Shown here: positions 37,849-42,486 of the stretch, piece by piece | Position numbering within the stretch: the stretch's first letter is position 1 | Layout: every line of letters begins with the position of its first letter | Virus record (IMG/VR): IMGVR_UViG_3300010362_000041 | Coordinates: 1 to 42,486 of that record | Reading direction: 5' to 3' (one strand) | Length of the DNA stretch: 42,486 bases | Source: a virus | Taxonomy: Duplodnaviria > Caudoviricetes | Program-made: the position numbers and the translations under genes | The notes under the pieces: generated by a model | What the model saw: the letters and a program-made list of their open reading frames with translations, nothing else | What the model was told of the DNA's origin: nothing | Databases searched by the model: none

Positions 37849-38248
37849 CAACTCTCTCTTTTTTCTCGAGCGACGGCCACGCGACGAGGATCGGTCCTTC
37901 CTGTCCATGCTTCGCTTCGAGTCGAGCGAACTCGCTCAGGACGTAGCGCATAATCAGCCTGGCTCCCCATGGGGTCGTCAGATAGACCGCGCGAAGCAGG
38001 CGCAGGAAGTAATCGATAGGATTCTTGCGGCCGGTGGCCTTGGGATCTTTCTTGCGCGAAGGCCGGCGGATCCATTTGTAAACAGTGTCTTCACTGACGC
38101 CGGCGTCTTCTGCGACTTCTGATATGTCTTCGAGTATCCCCGTATCGGGGTTTGTGAGCGCACGTTCAAGCACTCGCCATCCTGCTGGCATTTCATCTTC
38201 AGAGCGAGGTGGGTCGCCTGATATAGGTCTCGTCTCTGTCCTTCTCAT
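37781..38248 (-). CDS. CII-like HTH regulator
   Basis: ISEVAEDAGVSEDTVYKW...TGRKNPID; downstream of Cro. Confidence 0.65.
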   Translation of the reverse strand: MRRTETRPISGDPPRSEDEMPAGWRVLERALTNPDTGILEDISEVAEDAGVSEDTVYKWIRRPSRKKDPKATGRKNPIDYFLRLLRAVYLTTPWGARLIMRYVLSEFARLEAKHGQEGPILVAWPSLEKKERVDESQTDQKKTTRGRAARARAAA

Positions 38249-38503
38249 TAGTGTCTAAAATGGCAACGGTAAATAAGACTTCCACGTCGAGGCCTGACGC
38301 GGCTAAATTCACTTATGCTCAATCAAGAAATAGATCGCCGAACTCTTCGGCTCCGCGCCTGGATCGCGCGGAGCCGTCGGTATCGAATGCCTCGCGCTCA
38401 ATTGCGGCGATGAAAGGACTCGAGGGCGAGCGCCAATGAGCATCCGATATGGAGACTCGCCCTCGATCGGAAGCCGTGGGGCCTGCTTCCGGAACTGAAA
38501 AGA

Positions 38504-38791
38504 TCAGGCCGCCGCCGGTAGCGCCGAGGCTTGCCTGGCGCGCCGAGCGGCTTCGATAAATCTGTCGACGTCACCCTGACGCCCTTTGCCGATCGCTCCC
38601 CAGATCCAAGGGATCCAGCGCGTCACGTTCGGATCTCCGCAGAGCGCCAGGCTCTCGATCTCTTCGACGTTCGACCCGCCGGCTGCCAGGAATCTCTCGC
38701 GCTTGGTGAGGCATTCCGGACCAATGCCGCGATTGATCGAATCGAGGTTTTCGAGAGCGCGTCCGCAGATTTGGCATTTCGGTTGTTCCAT
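38504..38791 (-). CDS. DUF6011 zinc-finger protein
   Basis: CQICGRALENLDSINRGIGPEC; GGAG SD before ATG 38791. Confidence 0.8.
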   Translation of the reverse strand: MEQPKCQICGRALENLDSINRGIGPECLTKRERFLAAGGSNVEEIESLALCGDPNVTRWIPWIWGAIGKGRQGDVDRFIEAARRARQASALPAAA

Positions 38792-38817
38792 CGAGAACTC
38801 CATGTAAGACGACATGA

Positions 38818-38859
38818 AGTATAAGCATTTTACGCTGAGTCTTCAACATAAAATGTTGA
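38818..38859 (-). promoter_or_regulatory. Early promoter overlapped by two operators
   Basis: TTGAAG-17-TATACT; perfect TCAACAT-AAA-ATGTTGA (38843-38859) and TAAGCAT-TTT-ACGCTGA (38822-38838). Confidence 0.8.
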
Positions 38860-38877
38860 GAGAATGCAGAAAAAAAT

Positions 38878-39102
38878 TTAGGCCGCGACGGCGACTTGCC
38901 GCGAATAGAGAAGATCTATAACGTCTTGTCCGTAAAAATCTGCCAGATCGCAGAGCAGTTCATAGGAGACGTTTTGTCCGGCCTCAGCTCTGTAAACGGT
39001 TCCCGAATGTATCTTTAAGGCTTCCGCCACTTCCGGTTGAGACATTCCCTTTTGTTCGCGCCAAGTCTTTAGCTTGCCCGGGTTGTAATGAGTCGAGTTC
39101 AT
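38878..39102 (-). CDS. Cro-like XRE HTH protein (leaderless)
   Basis: LKTWREQKGMSQPEVAEALKIHSGTVYRAEAG; divergent from repressor. Confidence 0.9.
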   Translation of the reverse strand: MNSTHYNPGKLKTWREQKGMSQPEVAEALKIHSGTVYRAEAGQNVSYELLCDLADFYGQDVIDLLYSRQVAVAA

Positions 39103-39108
39103 TGACCG

Positions 39109-39200
39109 AATATATCTATGACGACAGACGAGGTCAACAAAAAATGTTGTGGAAATACTGATTGCTCTCAGCATATTTTGCAGGCAACATTAAATGTTGA
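39109..39200. promoter_or_regulatory. Lysis-lysogeny switch: Cro promoter and operators
   Basis: Minus-strand TTGACC-17-TATATT (39137-39109); operators at 39134-39150, 39184-39200 and a degenerate one at 39168-39184. Confidence 0.82.
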
Positions 39201-39201
39201 G

Positions 39202-39690
39202 ATGACACAAAAACGAACGGAAAAGCCGTTTATTGACTGGGAGATGTTCGGCCTTTGGATGCGCAAGCGGCGCGAAGAGAAGGGTCTGTCACAGGAGGCC
39301 GCGGCTGAAGAAGTAAAGATCCATCCGCAAACTTGGTATCGCCTCGAAGGCGGCGCGAGCACAAAACACTCTACAATGCTCAGGATCGCTCAATTTTTAG
39401 CGATTGATAAAGCGGATCTCAATCGAACAATGGCCGCAGTGTTCAAGGCGCTTTCGACGGTTCAGCGAGGAACCGTTCGGCAAGAGACCATAGAGGACGC
39501 TCTCGACCGCGCCCTCTTCTTCGAGCAAAAGGGCGTTACTGAGGACGATCGAAATATCGTTCGCCCATTGCTCGAAAGCGCCGATCGAATGCTCGAATTA
39601 TTGATGGCTCGACATACTCACACAATCATAGATCTTGACGACGTAACCTCCGAGGCTGAGCGATCGAGAGATCGTCGAAAAAAGAGCTGA
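39202..39690 (+). CDS. CI-like XRE repressor (no peptidase domain)
   Basis: FGLWMRKRREEKGLSQEAAAEEVKIHPQTWYRLEGG; divergent from Cro. Confidence 0.88.
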   Translation: MTQKRTEKPFIDWEMFGLWMRKRREEKGLSQEAAAEEVKIHPQTWYRLEGGASTKHSTMLRIAQFLAIDKADLNRTMAAVFKALSTVQRGTVRQETIEDALDRALFFEQKGVTEDDRNIVRPLLESADRMLELLMARHTHTIIDLDDVTSEAERSRDRRKKS

Positions 39691-39966
39691 CTTCTACACA
39701 CCGCGTTGAACTGCCCCGATTGCATTGCTTTTATCGCAATCATAGCCTTTTGCCGACCCATTGGATAAATACTCGTCTGTCCAACACGAAGAAAGGAGGC
39801 TTCAATGCGCGCTCCCCCTTATCAGTCCATTCTTGCAAATCCGCCATGATATGGCCCGCCCAGATCGCCGTGATCACTAAAACACGCCGAATAAATCCAG
39901 CGCAGCCTGTTCGGCGACGTTGGATGGAAGTTGCCCTTAGCCGCCGGCATCAGAATCGGCGGAAAA

Positions 39967-40395
39967 ATGCAAATTCCTAAACTGAGCACAGACGGGCTGC
40001 CTCTTTTCAGCAAAGAGGAGAATATACAAATCATGGATGAATACAGAGTCACCAGCGAATGGGCGGAACTTCCACACGGAAGCCTTTTTTATACCCTTCC
40101 CGCTGTTGATCTCAGAGCCGGATCGCTGGCGCTCTTCGGCGTCGGTGAAAGTCCGCTCAGACCGGAGAAGGTAATCATAGGCCGGTGGTTCCCCGATATC
40201 GCCGGTTATAACTGGATCATGCAACCGTCCAGACTAATCAGAGTCGCTAAGGAAGCAGTCATCTGGGTAATCGGACGAATTGTATCTATTCACGATAGTG
40301 GCCTCGATTGGATCGCCGCAGCGGGCATGCTCGTTCAAGGCGCCTACCTGGTCGCCATCAATATCTCGGACCTGCTCATCCCCATAATGAGCTAG
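39967..40395 (+). CDS. Hypothetical protein, possibly degenerate S24/LexA C-terminal-like fold with hydrophobic tail
   Basis: DLRAGSLALF...VIIGRW...WIMQP...IWVIGRIVSI pattern. Confidence 0.45.
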   Translation: MQIPKLSTDGLPLFSKEENIQIMDEYRVTSEWAELPHGSLFYTLPAVDLRAGSLALFGVGESPLRPEKVIIGRWFPDIAGYNWIMQPSRLIRVAKEAVIWVIGRIVSIHDSGLDWIAAAGMLVQGAYLVAINISDLLIPIMS

Positions 40396-40494
40396 TCCCT
40401 ATCTCTTTTGCTTTTACAACTAGTAAACGGCCCCGCGACTGAATGCCTCTCGGTCGCGGGAAATACTATCAGCCTTTGTAGAAAGGACTCCCTC

Positions 40495-40812
40495 ATGCAA
40501 GAACCATCCAAATTCTGTTCAGCCTGCGGACAGCAGAATTATATAGGCGCTGCCTGTTGCCATTGGTGTCAGGCCCGATTCCCGGCCTCGCCGAATACTC
40601 CAGAAAGGAATCAACCAATGCGACCCACTTATGATGAAAAATTCCGGGAAAGACATGAAGTGGTAGTAGTTGATTTCAAAATGAGCTTCAACTCAATGGT
40701 CATCTTTATGATCAAATGGGCAATCGCCGCGATCCCGGCAATGTTCGTGCTGTTCTTCGCCGGCATGCTCTTGATCTCGATCCTGGCCGGGATGAGAGGC
40801 CCGAGGTATTGA
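40495..40812 (+). CDS. Zinc-ribbon membrane protein
   Basis: AAGGA SD; CSACG...CHWC; VVVVDFKMSFNSMVIFMIKWAIAAIPA + TM. Confidence 0.75.
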   Translation: MQEPSKFCSACGQQNYIGAACCHWCQARFPASPNTPERNQPMRPTYDEKFRERHEVVVVDFKMSFNSMVIFMIKWAIAAIPAMFVLFFAGMLLISILAGMRGPRY

Positions 40813-42353
40813 TCGGAATTATCTTCGCCCGCGAATCGAACCGATACGACAAAACCGTCTACTCGTTGAAGAGCCAGGTCGAGGCCTGCGAGGCGGCCGC
40901 CAAGGCCGACGGCGTTAAGATCTTCCGCGTCTTCCGCGAGCAGTTCAGCGGGCGAGATCTCAGCAAAATGCCCAAGCTCGGCGAGCTGCGGCAGCTCCTT
41001 GAATCCACGCCCGGGAGAAAAAAGGTTTACTGCTACGCTCAGGACAGGCTTGTCCGCGGCCGGCGTGGCTATCACATTTTTCGGATCCTCTCCGAGTTCG
41101 ACGAATGGGAGACGGACGTCTTCTTCATCCGCGACAACGTCGACACGACGACTTTCGCCGGCCAGTTTCAGATCCTCTTCAAAGGACAAAAAGCCGCCTC
41201 GGAGCCCGACGATATCCTCGATCGGACAATGAGCGGGAAGATAAGGCGGATCAAGGAAGGGAAGATCCCAGGCTTCGGGCGGAACAAATACGGCTATACA
41301 AAAAATCAGGAGACCGGGAAGGCGACGATTAACGAGACCGAGGCCGTCGTCCTGCGAAGAATTGTCCGCCAGCTACTCGCCGGAGATAGTATCAACGAGG
41401 TCGTGCGCCAGCTTAACAGCGAGGGTATCCTTCCGCCTTTTCCTTCTAAAGGCGAGAGTGCGACGAAGCTGGTCAAACACGGGAAATGGTGGACGGCCAC
41501 GCTCGCCCGGCTCCTTCGCGATCCCGCCTACAAAGGTGAAGGGGCCGCGCTGCGCCGGATCAGCGTAAACGGTCGCGTTCAATTCCGGCCGGAGAACGGC
41601 TGGATCAAACTGCCGGAGGAGTGCTATCCGCCGATCATCGCGCCGGCCGATTGGGATCGGCTGCAGGAAATCTTCGATAAGAACTGCGGCGCGAAGACCA
41701 GGAATCGGAAGCGCCCGGCGCTGCTGCGCGGCCTGATCTTCTGCGCCGTATGCGGTCGCCCCTTCTACGTGGCAACCAATTCCGACAAGTCGGGTAATCA
41801 AATGTATTACCGCTGCGCAACTGTTACGGCCCGTATCCTCAACACCGATTTGCCGAAGTGTCCGGTCAGGCAGATCTCCGCTTCATGGATCGAGGAGGCA
41901 ATCTGGCGCGAGGTCGTCGAAAAGATCTCCGACCCTATCAAGCTGCGCGCGGTTCTGGCCGAAGGTCCGGATCAAGACGGCGATCGCCAAGTCGAGGACG
42001 AACTCGAGAGCCTGCGCGCCGAGCTGGCGAAGAAGGACGGCCAGGAGCGCAACCTGGCGCGCGAGTTGCGCGACGCGACGCCGGCGATCGCCAGGACGAT
42101 CAAAGCCGAACTGGAGAGGATCGAGGCGGAGCGCGGCGCGTTGTTCACTCGCCAGGCTGAAATTTCGCGCCGGCGGACGGCGTCCGAAAACCGCCGGCAG
42201 AGAGCCATCCAGGCGGAGCGCCTTATCGCCGGCCTGACGAAAAAGCTCTCCCGCCTGGCGTTCGAGCAAAAGCGGATAATATTGGAGGAGATCGGGGCGC
42301 GAGTGAAGGTTAACGGCAGGGAATTCACCGTGAGCTATTCAATCGGCGGCTAG
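40809..42353 (+). CDS. Large serine recombinase (integrase)
   Basis: IFARES catalytic motif, DRLVR, YGY recombinase domain, LLRGLIFCAVCG...YYRC zinc ribbon, coiled coil; TTG start overlapping upstream TGA. Confidence 0.95.
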   Translation: MIGIIFARESNRYDKTVYSLKSQVEACEAAAKADGVKIFRVFREQFSGRDLSKMPKLGELRQLLESTPGRKKVYCYAQDRLVRGRRGYHIFRILSEFDEWETDVFFIRDNVDTTTFAGQFQILFKGQKAASEPDDILDRTMSGKIRRIKEGKIPGFGRNKYGYTKNQETGKATINETEAVVLRRIVRQLLAGDSINEVVRQLNSEGILPPFPSKGESATKLVKHGKWWTATLARLLRDPAYKGEGAALRRISVNGRVQFRPENGWIKLPEECYPPIIAPADWDRLQEIFDKNCGAKTRNRKRPALLRGLIFCAVCGRPFYVATNSDKSGNQMYYRCATVTARILNTDLPKCPVRQISASWIEEAIWREVVEKISDPIKLRAVLAEGPDQDGDRQVEDELESLRAELAKKDGQERNLARELRDATPAIARTIKAELERIEAERGALFTRQAEISRRRTASENRRQRAIQAERLIAGLTKKLSRLAFEQKRIILEEIGARVKVNGREFTVSYSIGG

Positions 42354-42486
42354 TCATTTTAGGTACTTCTTCGGGAATTTGGCGACGACGGTGTAGTTCG
42401 GGTCTACGGCGTTGGCGACGCGCGTCACGCCGACCTGCGAAACGACCTGAAAGGCCTCCCATTTTTCGAAGCCGTAATCGTCCACC
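42354..42486 (-). CDS. C-terminus of host acetamidase/formamidase-family protein (partial)
   Basis: Manual translation VDDYGFEKWEAFQVVSQVGVTRVANAVDPNYTVVAKFPKKYLK*. Confidence 0.75.
   Translation of the reverse strand, partial: VDDYGFEKWEAFQVVSQVGVTRVANAVDPNYTVVAKFPKKYLK

Larger units (their letters stand above)
1..42353. mobile_element. Temperate siphovirus-like prophage (left end outside window)
   Basis: Ordered integrase, repressor/Cro, replication, terminase, portal, protease, capsid, neck, tail tube, tape measure and tail tip genes; host-like metabolic gene immediately after the integrase. Confidence 0.97.

Noticed and set aside
124-38824. Many long plus-strand ORFs (e.g. 16611-18182, 18170-19195, 31399-32424, 34741-35646)
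   Set aside because: Antisense shadows of GC-rich minus-strand genes; no motifs or SD
1-42486. DGR, retron, tRNA or IS element
   Set aside because: No reverse transcriptase, TR/VR pair, cloverleaf or transposase recognised

Overview
A nearly complete temperate siphovirus-like prophage in a GC-rich host (my impression is an Acidobacteria-like host; unverified). Most genes are on the minus strand. From right to left: 3' end of a host acetamidase/formamidase-like gene abutting a large serine recombinase; a CI/Cro-like switch with TCAACAT-N3-ATGTTGA operators; early recombination/replication genes (DUF6011, CII-like, DUF559 nuclease, SSAP-like, Gp157, SF2 helicase, ASCH, prim-pol/DUF927 protein interrupted by one in-frame TGA, TGTCGCC-iteron origin); a Com-like zinc finger; membrane/spanin-like genes; DNA methyltransferase; terminases; an AT-rich ~2.4 kb accessory insert; DUF935 portal, S49 protease/scaffold, decoration and lambda-E-like capsid; neck, fibre and tail genes, running off the left edge. 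Most interesting: (i) a ~350-nt highly structured RNA with a sequestered 9-codon ORF, plus further micro-ORFs and an antisense sRNA, in the terminase-portal insert; (ii) a shared CGCGCC-N2/3-GAGCGCC-(A)AGCGG motif at two late-operon terminators, one directly behind the Com-like gene, suggesting an antitermination system; (iii) C-terminal Ala-Ala degrons on five early proteins. All family calls come from motif recognition by eye; no database search was run.
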